Source: Escherichia coli
GTDB lineage: Bacteria > Pseudomonadota > Gammaproteobacteria > Enterobacterales > Enterobacteriaceae
Length of the DNA: 64,000 nucleotides
Direction: 5' to 3' (one strand)
Assembly: GCF_044324785.1 (NCBI RefSeq)
Contig: NZ_CP172127.1
Position 1 is the stretch's first letter, and each line of letters begins with the position of its first letter. The position numbers and the translations under genes are program-made. Under the pieces are notes generated by a model. The model did not search any database and was not told the origin of the DNA. It worked only from the letters and a program-made list of their open reading frames with translations. Shown piece by piece: positions 49,523 through 60,939 of this stretch.

Positions 49523-49722
49523 TTTTTCTCCAGAATCCCTGTGTAGTAAAAGTTAGCAATAAACCTGTGGAAGTGAATCATTATCAGGTTGGAATTGAAT
49601 TGTATCCTGATGAAATTGCATTATCATTTTTATTCTTGAGTGGGACTCTTCCCATATAGAAATAATTATAATAGGCAGTGTTATTATTCATTGAAATATA
49701 ATATGACTGCCCTTGAAACATT

Positions 49723-51669
49723 ATGAAGACAAATATAAAAGTATTTACATCGACAGGTGAATTGACCACTCTCGGGCGTGAACTGGGCAAAGGTGGCGAA
49801 GGCGCGGTTTATGATATCGAGGAGTTAGTCGATAGCGTCGCCAAGATTTATCACACGCCGCCACCCGCCTTAAAACAGGACAAACTTGCCTTTATGGCTG
49901 CGACAGCTGATGCGCAGTTGCTGAATTATGTCGCCTGGCCGCAGGCAACGCTTCACGGTGGACGAGGCGGAAAAGTAATCGGTTTTATGATGCCAAAAGT
50001 TTCTGGTAAAGAACCGATTCATATGATCTATAGCCCGGCACATCGTCGTCAACGTTACCCTCATTGTGCGTGGGATTTTCTACTCTATGTTGCGCGCAAT
50101 ATTGCTTCATCTTTTGCTACGGTTCACGAGCACGGGCATGTCGTGGGTGACGTAAACCAGAACAGCTTTATGGTAGGCCGTGACAGCAAAGTGGTGTTGA
50201 TTGATAGCGACTCCTTTCAGATTAACGCCAATGGCACACTGCATTTATGCGAAGTCGGCGTGTCGCATTTTACGCCGCCAGAGCTGCAAACCTTGCCATC
50301 ATTTGTCGGCTTTGAACGCACCGCGAATCACGATAATTTTGGCCTTGCGTTGCTGATTTTTCACGTCTTGTTTGGTGGTCGGCATCCTTATTCCGGTGTA
50401 CCGCTTATCTCTGATGCGGGTAATGCACTGGAGACGGATATTGCCCATTTCCGTTATGCCTACGCATCAGATAATCAGCGACGTGGTTTAAAACCGCCGC
50501 CACGATCTATTCCGCTGTCGATGTTACCAGGTGATGTTGAAGCCATGTTTCAGCAGGCATTCACGGAAAGTGGCGTGGCAACCGGGCGTCCGACGGCAAA
50601 AGCGTGGGTAGCGGCACTTGATTCTCTACGCCAACAGTTAAAGAAATGTACCGTTTCGGCAATGCATGTTTACCCCGGTCATTTGACTGACTGCCCGTGG
50701 TGTGCGCTGGATAATCAAGGCGTTATCTATTTTATTGATCTCGGCGAAGAGGTCATTACCACCAGCGGTGATTTTGTGCTGGCGAAAGTCTGGGCGATGG
50801 TGATGGCGTCAGTTGCACCACCAGCATTGCAACTGCCATTACCCGATCATTTCCAACCGACTGGCAGGCCGCTTCCTTTAGGCCTGTTACGGCGTGAATA
50901 CATCATTCTGATTGAGATCGGACTGTCAGCGTTATCGCTGTTGCTTTGCGGCCTTCAGGCAGAACCGCGTTATATTATTTTGGTTCCTGTGCTGGCGGCT
51001 ATCTGGATTATTGGCAGCCTGACAAGCAAAGCGTACAAAGCAGAAATCCAGCAACGCCGTGAGGCGTTTAATCGCGCGAAAATGGACTATGACCATTTAG
51101 TCAGCCAGATCCAACGGTTGGGCGGGCTGGAAGGTTTTATCGCCAAACGGACGATGCTCGAAAAAATGAAGGACGAAATTCTTGGGTTACCGGAAGAAGA
51201 GAAACGCGCTCTGGCAGCACTTCAGGACACCGCAAGGGAACGGCAGAAGCAGAAGTTTCTGGAGGGATTTTTTATTGATGTTGCCTCTATTCCCGGCGTT
51301 GGCCCTGCGCGTAAAGCGGCGTTACGGTCCTTTGGTATTGAAACGGCGGCAGACGTTACCCGACGGAGCGTTAAGCAAGTTAGAGGTTTTGGTGATCATC
51401 TGACCCAGGCGGTTATCGACTGGAAAGCAAGTTGCGAACGCCGTTTTGTGTTCAGGCCGAATGAAGCGGTAACGCCAGCAGACAGACAAGCGGTAATGGC
51501 AAAAATGGCCGCCAAACGACATCGGCTGGAATCGACGTTGACTGTCGGCGCGACAGAGTTGCAGCGATTCCGCCTTCATGCTCCAGCACGGACCATGCCG
51601 TTGATGGAACCTTTACGTCAGGCGGCAGAAAAACTGGCTCAGGCGCAGGCTGATTTAAGCCGTTGCTGA
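49723..51669 (+). CDS. yegI: Eukaryotic-like Ser/Thr protein kinase YegI (648 aa)
   Basis: Glycine-rich loop LGKGGEGAVY, catalytic-loop-like HGHVVGDVNQNSFMV, C-terminal transmembrane and coiled-coil region. Confidence 0.9.
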   Translation: MKTNIKVFTSTGELTTLGRELGKGGEGAVYDIEELVDSVAKIYHTPPPALKQDKLAFMAATADAQLLNYVAWPQATLHGGRGGKVIGFMMPKVSGKEPIHMIYSPAHRRQRYPHCAWDFLLYVARNIASSFATVHEHGHVVGDVNQNSFMVGRDSKVVLIDSDSFQINANGTLHLCEVGVSHFTPPELQTLPSFVGFERTANHDNFGLALLIFHVLFGGRHPYSGVPLISDAGNALETDIAHFRYAYASDNQRRGLKPPPRSIPLSMLPGDVEAMFQQAFTESGVATGRPTAKAWVAALDSLRQQLKKCTVSAMHVYPGHLTDCPWCALDNQGVIYFIDLGEEVITTSGDFVLAKVWAMVMASVAPPALQLPLPDHFQPTGRPLPLGLLRREYIILIEIGLSALSLLLCGLQAEPRYIILVPVLAAIWIIGSLTSKAYKAEIQQRREAFNRAKMDYDHLVSQIQRLGGLEGFIAKRTMLEKMKDEILGLPEEEKRALAALQDTARERQKQKFLEGFFIDVASIPGVGPARKAALRSFGIETAADVTRRSVKQVRGFGDHLTQAVIDWKASCERRFVFRPNEAVTPADRQAVMAKMAAKRHRLESTLTVGATELQRFRLHAPARTMPLMEPLRQAAEKLAQAQADLSRC

Positions 51670-51681
51670 GCAAGTTTTCAA

Positions 51682-53034
51682 TTAACGAAACACCACTTCC
51701 GCCCAGCGTGCCAGCCCGGCGGTGACGGAGCCAAAGTCATCGCCACCTGCAATCGGAATGCCCGGCAACTGTTCTGTCAGCGCTTTTTTAATCAGCGGTG
51801 AACGGGCGCTACCGCCGGTCAGATAGATAACATCCGGTTTTTCCTGGGCGTTATCCAGCGCCAGTTGCACCTGTTCCAGAATCCGCGCCAGCGGCTGGCT
51901 GAGGGCGCTTTCCAGCCCTTGTCGGCTAATCAGCGTTGCCAATTCATCGCTGATAAACGGCAGTGAGGCGCGGGTTTCCGCTACGCTTGAAAGCGCAATT
52001 TTGCTCTCTTCTGCGCTGCGCACCAGGCGATAGCTTAAACGCTGACGCCAGACTTTCTGTAACAGGGCCACTTTCTCCGGTTCGCGGGCATCGCGTACCA
52101 GATCGTTAAGCAGACGACCGTTGGCACTACTGTAGAAATCACTTTGCGCAGGGACGTCGTTGATGGCAACCGCATTCCACCACGGCAGGATCGGCAGGGC
52201 GATGCCTTTTTCGGTTTCGCCACCCATGCCAAGTAACGGCATCAGGTTTTTAAACGCCAGCGCGATATCCAGATCGTTACCACCAATACGGCAACCACTG
52301 TGACCCAGCAGGCTGGCTTCACGATCGAGACGCGAACGCCACTGCGGCCCCATCAGCAGCAATGAACAGTCAGTCGTACCACCGCCGATATCCACCACCA
52401 GCACCCGTTTTTCTTCCTGCAAGGTGGCTTCGTAATCCAGCCCAGCCGCGACCGGCTCGTACTGGAATACCACGTCCCTGAATCCGGCACGCTTCGCCGC
52501 GCGTTCCAGAATCCCTTGCGCCTGGGCGTTTGCTTCATCGCCGCCCAGCCCCTGGAAGTTGATCGGGCGACCAATCACCGCCTGAGTAATCGCTTCTGGC
52601 AGCTGCGCCTGCGCCTGCTGGCGAATGTGCAACATCATTGCGCAGACCAGATCCTCAAACAGCGCTACCTGCTGCGGTTTTAAGCCGCTGGCACCGAGGA
52701 ACGATTTTGGTGATTTCACAAACCACACTTCTTCTGGATCATCAATGTACTGTGCCAGTGAGGAAAGACCGAACTGCACGCTTTTCGCCGTAACATCGAT
52801 ATCTTCTTCGCGGTTATAACGAATCGCCCGACGCAACAGCGCCTGCGTTTCATCGTCGTCTGCCGGAACATCATGATGGCGGTACAGCCATTCGCTTACC
52901 GCTTCACGCGTTGGCGCGCAAAGCATTGAAGGCAGCAGCGTGCTGTCGTTTTCCATTTTTAGCAAGTGCGGTTTACCGTCACGCATGACCGCCACTGAAC
53001 AGTTTGCTGTACCGTAATCAAAACCAATAAACAC
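51682..53034 (-). CDS. yegD: Hsp70/actin-fold ATPase YegD (450 aa)
   Basis: GTG start giving (M)FIGFDYGTANCSVAV. DxGGGTTD phosphate-2 motif present. ORF track start at 53097 rejected. Confidence 0.9.
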   Translation of the reverse strand: MFIGFDYGTANCSVAVMRDGKPHLLKMENDSTLLPSMLCAPTREAVSEWLYRHHDVPADDDETQALLRRAIRYNREEDIDVTAKSVQFGLSSLAQYIDDPEEVWFVKSPKSFLGASGLKPQQVALFEDLVCAMMLHIRQQAQAQLPEAITQAVIGRPINFQGLGGDEANAQAQGILERAAKRAGFRDVVFQYEPVAAGLDYEATLQEEKRVLVVDIGGGTTDCSLLLMGPQWRSRLDREASLLGHSGCRIGGNDLDIALAFKNLMPLLGMGGETEKGIALPILPWWNAVAINDVPAQSDFYSSANGRLLNDLVRDAREPEKVALLQKVWRQRLSYRLVRSAEESKIALSSVAETRASLPFISDELATLISRQGLESALSQPLARILEQVQLALDNAQEKPDVIYLTGGSARSPLIKKALTEQLPGIPIAGGDDFGSVTAGLARWAEVVFR

Positions 53035-53167
53035 GAAATAATCCCCATGCCGGTGAAGAAGGGGCGTGACTTTAGCGAAATGTTGCCGTCGCGACAACCG
53101 GAATATGAAAGCAAAGCGTAGCGTCTGAATAACGTTTATGCTGAAAGCGGATTAACAAGGAGATGCG

Positions 53168-54025
53168 ATGTATACCCTGAACTGGCAGCCGCCATATGAC
53201 TGGTCGTGGATGTTGGGATTTCTCGCCGCCCGTGCGGTGAGCGGTGTTGAAACGGTTGCGGACGATTATTATGCCCGTAGTCTGGAGGTGGGCGAATATC
53301 GCGGCGTGGTGACTGCTATTCCGGATATAGCCAGCCATACTCTGCACATAAATTTAAGTGCAGGTTTAGAACCTGTTGCCGCTGAGTGTCTGGCGAAAAT
53401 GAGCCGCCAGTTTGATCTGCAATGTCACCCGCAGATTGTTAACGGTGCGTTGGGCAAGTTAGGCGCGGCGCGGCCCGGATTGCGTTTACCCGGCAGTGTT
53501 GATGCTTTTGAGCAGGGCGTGCGGGCGATTTTAGGCCAACTGGTGAGCGTGGCGATGGCGGCAAAATTGACCGCCAGAGTGGCACAGCTTTATGGCGAAC
53601 GGCTGGATGATTTTCCGGACTATGTCTGCTTCCCCACGCCTCAGCGGCTGGCTGCAGCCGACCCGCAGGCATTAAAAGCGTTAGGTATGCCGTTGAAACG
53701 GGCAGAGGCACTGATTCATCTGGCAAATGCGGCGCTGGAGGGCACCTTACCAATGACAATTCCGGGCGACGTAGAACAAGCGATGAAAACGCTGCAAACT
53801 TTTCCGGGTATCGGGCGCTGGACGGCGAATTATTTCGCCTTACGTGGCTGGCAGGCGAAAGATGTTTTCCTGCCGGATGATTATCTGATTAAACAGCGAT
53901 TTCCGGGAATGACACCGGCACAAATCCGCCGTTATGCCGAACGCTGGAAGCCCTGGCGTTCTTATGCGCTGTTGCATATCTGGTATACGGAAGGCTGGCA
54001 ACCAGACGGAACGGACGAATTGTAG
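53168..54025 (+). CDS. alkA: 3-methyladenine DNA glycosylase II AlkA (285 aa)
   Basis: MYTLNWQPPYDWSWMLGFLAARAV.... HhH-GPD motif GIGRWTANYFALRG with catalytic Asp context. Confidence 0.9.
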   Translation: MYTLNWQPPYDWSWMLGFLAARAVSGVETVADDYYARSLEVGEYRGVVTAIPDIASHTLHINLSAGLEPVAAECLAKMSRQFDLQCHPQIVNGALGKLGAARPGLRLPGSVDAFEQGVRAILGQLVSVAMAAKLTARVAQLYGERLDDFPDYVCFPTPQRLAAADPQALKALGMPLKRAEALIHLANAALEGTLPMTIPGDVEQAMKTLQTFPGIGRWTANYFALRGWQAKDVFLPDDYLIKQRFPGMTPAQIRRYAERWKPWRSYALLHIWYTEGWQPDGTDEL

Positions 54026-54062
54026 GCCTGATACGCCGCATCAGTCGATGGGGAAGCACGCC

Positions 54063-57000
54063 TTAGTTAATCGCGAAATAACTGCTATTCACCAGCAAAT
54101 CCAGCGGTTGGGCATCGGCAATCACATCGCCATAAATCAGATCGACGCCGATGCCAGAAAGCGTATCCATCACCAGGGGTAAAACGACTGGCCCGGCGAT
54201 GGTCTTCATCCCGAGCCGCTGAGCGTGCCCCTGAATGATCGTAATCAGCATCTCATCCATCAAATTTCCCTGCACGTTGGCGCATAACTCACCATCAAGT
54301 AGCAGATAATCTGCCATATTTGCTTTCAGCGAGTTGAAGATTTGCAGATCGCGGCCCACCTGACTGAATACGATCCGACATCCCGCCAGCCGCAGTTTTT
54401 GCACGCTTTCTGCGTGATCTAAAATCGCGTCTGCCGGAATAATCAGATGTAATAACCGTGGTGGTATAGGGCTATTTTCCAGCTGCTCAATTAGTTCATT
54501 CACCAGCGTGGCGCTACTCAAACCGGCAACGGAAAGGGGGAGGGCGATGCTTAAGCCTTTACTGGCAATCGCTTTTGCGGCCTGCTGGAAAAAATCGTGG
54601 AATACCCGTCGGTCAAGAGCATGGCTAAGTGCCGGATCGCTGAAGCTACGACGAAATGTTTGTTCATCAATAATCTCGCCTTCGCAACTCCAGAGCTTAA
54701 GTGAAATCAGCCACAAATTACGTGCTTCCGGGATCCGCGGCGAAGCGACACCGTGGGCGATCATCATCAACTGATTTTCTTTAATCATCCGCCACTGTTC
54801 ATCAAGCGATATCGCCGCCCGTTCGCTATGTGCGGCAGCTTGCTGTGGTTCGTAAACCGTCACGCGGCCCCGTCCACCATTTTTGGAGGCATAACAGGCG
54901 ATATCAGCCTGCGACATCACTTCTGCCGCCTGATGATTGTTGTCATCAATCAAGGTAATCCCGGCACTGGCACCTACCCGATGTACACGTCCTTCCCATA
55001 TAAAGTGATAGTCATTCACGGCACTGATAATGCGTGTAGCGATAAAACGCGCGCTTTCAACATTACAGTCTGGTAGCAGCAGACCAAATTCATCCCCACC
55101 GAGTCGCGCCAGCACGTCGCTGGAGCGCAGCATACTCAGCATCAACGACGCCAGTTCGCGCAGCAAAGCGTCGCCAGCGGCGTGCCCGGCGCTGTCATTC
55201 ACCGCTTTAAAGCGATCAAGATCGATAAACACCAGTGCATGTCGCTGATGTGTACTGTTTACCGTTTGCAGCAGGATGCGTAGTTGTTTCTCAAAACTGG
55301 CGCGGTTGGCGAGATGCGTCAGTGCATCATGGGAGGCGCTGTAGCTCAGCTGGCGCAGCATTTTACGCGATTCGGTGACGTCCTGAATCACCAGAACCGA
55401 ACCAATATTGCTGCCGTCCAGAGTACTTAACGGCGTAATACTGTAATGCACGTCGTAGCTGCCGCCGCTTCGGCAGTGCAACACCACATCTTGTTCAATC
55501 GCGGAACGTGAGGTGTCGGCACTGTAAATGTTCTCCATTAATGGTCCGTTGTCGCCAAAAGTAATATGCAACACCGTCAGGAGTGGAACACCTAACGCTT
55601 CTTCCTGCGTCCAGCCGCTCATCTTCTCCGCCACCGGATTCATAAAGGTAATTTTCATTGCCATATCAATACAGACCACGGCTTCGCCGATGGAATCCAG
55701 CGTTATGTGCAGGCGCTCTTTTTCCTGAAACAATGCCTCGTTAAGCTGTTTCACTTCGGTCATATCCATATTAATGCCGAGCAGGCGTTCGACTTCGCCT
55801 TCTTTATTCAGTACCCGGTTGGCGAGGGCGCGGATATGGCGAATACCGTCTTTCACGGTAATGCGAAATTCCAGTTTAAAGGGAGAGCGTGATTGCAATG
55901 AATCGCGAATCACTTTTTCGGCGTGCTGGCGATCTTCCGGCAGCACGCAGTCGTACCACACCTGCCAGTTCGGTTTGATATGCGGAGGAATTTCATACAG
56001 CTCGAACATCCGCTTATCCCAGCTAAAAATATTCGGCTTAAGCTCCCACTCCCAGATGCCAATCCCGCCCGCTTCGTTAGCCAGCGTGATGCGCTCCATC
56101 AGTTGCTGGTTCACCTGTTCGGTGCGTTTTAGCTCGTTAATGTCTTCAATCTGAGCGATAAAATAGAGCGGCGTGCCATCCGTGTGGCGCACCAGTGAGA
56201 CGGCAAGCAACGCCCAGACAACATCGCCATTGCGGTTGTAGTAGCGTTTTTCCATTGAATAGGTGTTTATTTCACCGCTTATCAGCTTTTCAACCTGTTG
56301 GAGATCTTTATTGAGATCCTCCGGCCAGGTCAGTTGCTGAAAGGTGAGTCCGCGCAGCTCTTCCTGACTGTAACCGAGAAACTGGCAGAGCGCTTTGTTG
56401 GATTGCAGCCATTGCCCCTCGGTGCCCACTAATGCCATGCCGATGGCGGAATATTCCATGGCATTACGAAAACGGGTTTCGCTTTCAGAGATGTGTTTGC
56501 GTTCCGCACGAAAGGCATACATCACCATCGTCATGATGTTGGCGGGCAGCAGGATCAGCAAAAACGGTAGCCACGGCATATGGCTCATCAGGTATGTACG
56601 CGGCGTAGCAAGCAGGGAGGGATCAGCGGCCATCATCAGTGACACCATCATCACCGTGGTAAGGAAGATCAAAAAGGCTTCCATTCGTGGCAGGCGCACG
56701 GCGCTCCACATCAACAGCACAATAATGAAAGTAAAAGGCCACGGCAGATACAGCATCGAAAGCCAGCTTAACGTCAGTGTGATGGCCAACGTGAGCAGCG
56801 ACTCAAAAAGCAACCGTGGGTTGCGATGGCGCAGCAGATAGTGTGGTTTAAATAACAATCCCAGCGGCACCAGTGCCAGTGCGCCGATGGATTCTGAAAG
56901 TACCCATATCAAAAATGCCCTGAGAGGATCGTCTCCGGGCGTCAGCAGGACAACCAGAACACCCCCCAACAGAGGCGGAACAATGGCGCTGCCGAGTGCC

Positions 57001-57380
57001 AGACGCAGCCAGTCAGCCAGATTTTGCAATGGGTTATACCACGGCAGCAATTTACGCAGTAGCACTGCCCCGACCACGGCTTCAACAATATTGATGGTCG
57101 TCCAGGTCATGTTCAGCGAGCTGGTGGAAAAAAGCAGGATGGATGCGGCGATATTTCCCAGTGAGCAGCTCAGCGCAATCCCCGGCCACATGCGCCCGGC
57201 ATGGCGATAAAACGCCACCATCATGATGGACGTCGGGAACCACAGTGGGGCGAGTTGGGTGCCAAACTGCGAAAGCTCAAGCGAGAAAAGGGTAAAGATA
57301 AACGAGACTAAACCTAAACTGACCAGGTGAAGCAGCGGGTGGGGCAGGGCAATTAATACATGCTGTGATTGTTTGCTCAT
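54063..57380 (-). CDS. dgcE: Diguanylate cyclase DgcE (YegE), MASE1-PAS-GGDEF-EAL (1105 aa)
   Basis: N-terminal polytopic membrane domain, PAS repeats, GGDEF motif (RLGGDEFGLLL) and EAL-like C-terminus. Confidence 0.9.
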   Translation of the reverse strand: MSKQSQHVLIALPHPLLHLVSLGLVSFIFTLFSLELSQFGTQLAPLWFPTSIMMVAFYRHAGRMWPGIALSCSLGNIAASILLFSTSSLNMTWTTINIVEAVVGAVLLRKLLPWYNPLQNLADWLRLALGSAIVPPLLGGVLVVLLTPGDDPLRAFLIWVLSESIGALALVPLGLLFKPHYLLRHRNPRLLFESLLTLAITLTLSWLSMLYLPWPFTFIIVLLMWSAVRLPRMEAFLIFLTTVMMVSLMMAADPSLLATPRTYLMSHMPWLPFLLILLPANIMTMVMYAFRAERKHISESETRFRNAMEYSAIGMALVGTEGQWLQSNKALCQFLGYSQEELRGLTFQQLTWPEDLNKDLQQVEKLISGEINTYSMEKRYYNRNGDVVWALLAVSLVRHTDGTPLYFIAQIEDINELKRTEQVNQQLMERITLANEAGGIGIWEWELKPNIFSWDKRMFELYEIPPHIKPNWQVWYDCVLPEDRQHAEKVIRDSLQSRSPFKLEFRITVKDGIRHIRALANRVLNKEGEVERLLGINMDMTEVKQLNEALFQEKERLHITLDSIGEAVVCIDMAMKITFMNPVAEKMSGWTQEEALGVPLLTVLHITFGDNGPLMENIYSADTSRSAIEQDVVLHCRSGGSYDVHYSITPLSTLDGSNIGSVLVIQDVTESRKMLRQLSYSASHDALTHLANRASFEKQLRILLQTVNSTHQRHALVFIDLDRFKAVNDSAGHAAGDALLRELASLMLSMLRSSDVLARLGGDEFGLLLPDCNVESARFIATRIISAVNDYHFIWEGRVHRVGASAGITLIDDNNHQAAEVMSQADIACYASKNGGRGRVTVYEPQQAAAHSERAAISLDEQWRMIKENQLMMIAHGVASPRIPEARNLWLISLKLWSCEGEIIDEQTFRRSFSDPALSHALDRRVFHDFFQQAAKAIASKGLSIALPLSVAGLSSATLVNELIEQLENSPIPPRLLHLIIPADAILDHAESVQKLRLAGCRIVFSQVGRDLQIFNSLKANMADYLLLDGELCANVQGNLMDEMLITIIQGHAQRLGMKTIAGPVVLPLVMDTLSGIGVDLIYGDVIADAQPLDLLVNSSYFAIN

Positions 57381-57697
57381 TACCGCTTTATCCGCAAGAC
57401 CAGGTCGCCAGTATTCGTTTCTGTGTTTATGCTAGTACAAAAGTTTTACATTTTATATGCGAATTGCTCATAAAGTGACGTAAAGGCGGATAATTTGCGC
57501 AACTGCGTATAACAATTTTTACCTTGTATAAAACTGATCAACGTAATTTGCCACCGGGAATTCTTCGTCAACAATTAACTCTGAGCGCGCGGCAACGCTA
57601 TTCGACTGGTATCAGGCGGATGAAATCCCTATAATTGCCGCGTTTGGCGCTTCGTCGCCCCCTTCCTAACATCCAGGTTAATCAGGTCGCTAAATAT

Positions 57698-58339
57698 ATG
57701 ACTGATCAGTCTCATCAGTGCGTCATTATCGGTATCGCTGGCGCATCGGCTTCCGGCAAGAGTCTTATTGCCAGTACCCTTTATCGTGAATTACGTGAGC
57801 AAGTCGGTGATGAACACATCGGCGTAATTCCCGAAGACTGCTATTACAAAGATCAAAGCCATCTGTCGATGGAAGAACGCGTTAAGACCAACTACGACCA
57901 TCCCAGCGCGATGGATCACAGCCTGCTGCTTGAGCATTTACAAGCGTTGAAACGCGGCTCGGCAATTGACCTGCCGGTTTACAGCTATGTTGAACATACG
58001 CGTATGAAAGAAACGGTGACGGTTGAGCCGAAGAAAGTCATCATTCTCGAAGGCATTTTGCTGCTGACGGATGCGCGTTTGCGTGACGAACTTAACTTCT
58101 CAATTTTCGTTGATACCCCGCTGGATATCTGCCTGATGCGCCGCATCAAGCGTGACGTTAACGAGCGTGGGCGTTCAATGGATTCAGTGATGGCGCAATA
58201 TCAAAAAACCGTGCGCCCGATGTTCCTGCAATTCATTGAGCCTTCTAAACAATATGCGGACATTATCGTGCCGCGCGGCGGGAAAAACCGCATCGCCATC
58301 GATATATTGAAAGCGAAAATAAGTCAGTTCTTTGAATAA
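57698..58339 (+). CDS. udk: Uridine/cytidine kinase Udk (213 aa)
   Basis: P-loop [14 protein letters not shown] track start at 57635 trimmed to MTDQSHQ. Confidence 0.9.
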
Positions 58340-58430
58340 GCTTGATAAATTGTGTACCGTTCAGTGATAACCTGGTATGCCCTTGACGTAATTGGCGTTA
58401 AGGGAGTGATGCACGAAAGGAGAAAATGCC

Positions 58431-59012
58431 ATGCGTCTGTGTGACCGAGATATTGAAGCCTGGCTTGATGAAGGCCGTTTGTCGATCAACCCACGTCCGC
58501 CAGTGGAGCGTATTAACGGCGCGACGGTGGATGTGCGCCTGGGCAATAAATTTCGTACCTTCCGTGGTCACACGGCAGCGTTTATCGATCTGAGCGGTCC
58601 CAAAGATGAAGTGAGCGCCGCGCTTGACCGCGTGATGAGCGATGAGATCGTACTCGATGAAAGCGAGGCGTTTTATCTTCACCCAGGAGAGCTGGCGCTG
58701 GCGGTGACGCTGGAGTCGGTGACGCTGCCAGCCGATCTGGTGGGATGGCTGGACGGTCGTTCCTCACTGGCGCGTCTGGGGCTGATGGTGCACGTCACCG
58801 CGCACCGTATCGATCCGGGCTGGTCTGGCTGTATTGTGCTGGAGTTCTACAACTCCGGTAAGCTGCCGCTGGCGCTGCGTCCGGGCATGTTAATTGGTGC
58901 GCTGAGCTTTGAGCCGCTTTCCGGCCCGGCGGCGCGACCTTACAACCGCCGTGAAGATGCGAAATATCGCAACCAGCAGGGCGCGGTAGCCAGCCGAATC
59001 GATAAAGACTAA
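58431..59012 (+). CDS. dcd: dCTP deaminase Dcd (193 aa)
   Basis: [21 protein letters not shown]..., a highly conserved enzyme. Confidence 0.95.
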   Translation: MRLCDRDIEAWLDEGRLSINPRPPVERINGATVDVRLGNKFRTFRGHTAAFIDLSGPKDEVSAALDRVMSDEIVLDESEAFYLHPGELALAVTLESVTLPADLVGWLDGRSSLARLGLMVHVTAHRIDPGWSGCIVLEFYNSGKLPLALRPGMLIGALSFEPLSGPAARPYNRREDAKYRNQQGAVASRIDKD

Positions 59013-59033
59013 TTCAGGCCCATTGAGGATACC

Positions 59034-60887
59034 ATGAGACGATTTCTGACGACGCTGATGATACTCCTGGTCGTGCTGGTGGCCGGGTTATCTGCGTTAG
59101 TGTTGCTGGTGAATCCGAATGATTTCCGCGACTATATGGTCAAGCAAGTTGCTGCACGTAGCGGTTATCAATTGCAGCTCGACGGGCCACTGCGTTGGCA
59201 CGTTTGGCCGCAGCTTAGTATCCTCTCCGGGCGAATGTCTCTCACTGCCCAGGGCGCGAGCCAGCCACTGGTTCGCGCAGACAACATGCGTCTGGACGTG
59301 GCGCTTTTACCACTGCTGAGTCATCAACTGAGCGTTAAGCAGGTGATGCTAAAAGGGGCAGTGATCCAACTGACGCCGCAGACGGAAGCGGTACGCAGTG
59401 AAGATGCCCCGGTTGCACCACGCGACAATACCTTGCCGGATCTGTCAGATGATCGCGGATGGTCGTTTGATATATCCAGTCTTAAGGTGGCGGACAGCGT
59501 GCTGGTGTTCCAGCATGAAGATGACGAGCAGGTGACAATCCGCAATATCCGCCTGCAAATGGAACAAGATCCCCAACATCGTGGCTCATTTGAGTTCTCC
59601 GGGCGGGTTAATCGCGATCAGCGCGATCTCACGATATCCCTTAACGGTACGGTAGATGCTTCTGATTATCCGCATGATTTAACGGCGGCTATTGAACAAA
59701 TTAACTGGCAGTTGCAGGGTGCAGATTTACCAAAACAAGGTATTCAGGGGCAGGGGAGTTTCCAGGCCCAGTGGCAGGAGTCACATAAACGCCTTTCATT
59801 TAACCAAATCAGTTTGACCGCCAATGACAGTACGCTGAGCGGGCAAGCACAGGTCACGCTGACAGAGAAACCGGAATGGCAGCTGAGGCTGCAATTCCCG
59901 CAACTGAATCTTGACAACCTCATCCCGCTTAAAGAAACAGCGAACGGTGAAAACGGTGCCGCGCAGCAGGGGCAGAGCCAATCCACGTTGCCGCGCCCGG
60001 TCATTTCTTCGCGTATTGATGAACCGGCCTATCAGGGATTGCAAGGCTTTACGGCTGATATTTTGTTGCAGGCCAGTAACGTGCGCTGGCGCGGAATGAA
60101 TTTTACAGATGTTGCCACGCAAATGACCAACAAATCGGGTCTGCTGGAAATTACTCAACTGCAGGGCAAACTTAACGGTGGGCAGGTTTCACTGCCGGGC
60201 ACGCTGGACGCGACATCAATAAATCCGCGGATAAACTTCCAGCCACGGCTGGAAAACGTTGAGATTGGTACCATTCTGAAGGCGTTTAACTATCCGATTT
60301 CGTTGACCGGAAAAATGTCACTGGCTGGTGATTTCTCCGGTGCTGACATAGATGCCGACGCATTCCGCCACAACTGGCAAGGACAGGCACATGTCGAAAT
60401 GACCGACACACGCATGGAAGGGATGAACTTCCAGCAGATGATTCAGCAAGCGGTAGAGCGTAATGGTGGTGATGTGAAGGCCGCTGAAAACTTCGATAAC
60501 GTGACGCGTCTTGACCGCTTTACCACCGATTTGACGTTGAAGGATGGCGTCGTGACGTTAAACGACATGCAAGGTCAATCGCCTGTGCTGGCGCTTACAG
60601 GGGAAGGTATGTTGAATCTGGCAGATCAAACCTGCGATACCCAGTTTGATATTCGGGTCGTGGGTGGCTGGAACGGGGAAAGCAAACTGATTGATTTCCT
60701 CAAAGAAACGCCAGTACCGCTGCGGGTTTATGGCAACTGGCAGCAACTTAATTACAGCCTGCAAGTGGATCAGTTACTGCGTAAACACTTACAGGACGAA
60801 GCGAAACGTCGCCTGAATGACTGGGCCGAGCGGAATAAAGATTCCCGCAATGGCAAAGATGTGAAGAAGTTGCTGGAGAAGATGTAA
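59034..60887 (+). CDS. asmA: Outer-membrane assembly protein AsmA (617 aa)
   Basis: N-terminal signal/anchor, then a long beta-rich domain. Position after dcd. Confidence 0.9.
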   Translation: MRRFLTTLMILLVVLVAGLSALVLLVNPNDFRDYMVKQVAARSGYQLQLDGPLRWHVWPQLSILSGRMSLTAQGASQPLVRADNMRLDVALLPLLSHQLSVKQVMLKGAVIQLTPQTEAVRSEDAPVAPRDNTLPDLSDDRGWSFDISSLKVADSVLVFQHEDDEQVTIRNIRLQMEQDPQHRGSFEFSGRVNRDQRDLTISLNGTVDASDYPHDLTAAIEQINWQLQGADLPKQGIQGQGSFQAQWQESHKRLSFNQISLTANDSTLSGQAQVTLTEKPEWQLRLQFPQLNLDNLIPLKETANGENGAAQQGQSQSTLPRPVISSRIDEPAYQGLQGFTADILLQASNVRWRGMNFTDVATQMTNKSGLLEITQLQGKLNGGQVSLPGTLDATSINPRINFQPRLENVEIGTILKAFNYPISLTGKMSLAGDFSGADIDADAFRHNWQGQAHVEMTDTRMEGMNFQQMIQQAVERNGGDVKAAENFDNVTRLDRFTTDLTLKDGVVTLNDMQGQSPVLALTGEGMLNLADQTCDTQFDIRVVGGWNGESKLIDFLKETPVPLRVYGNWQQLNYSLQVDQLLRKHLQDEAKRRLNDWAERNKDSRNGKDVKKLLEKM

Positions 60888-60939
60888 GACAAGTTATGCA
60901 GATGGCGGCGTCAATTTGTCGCCATCTGTATTTATAGTA

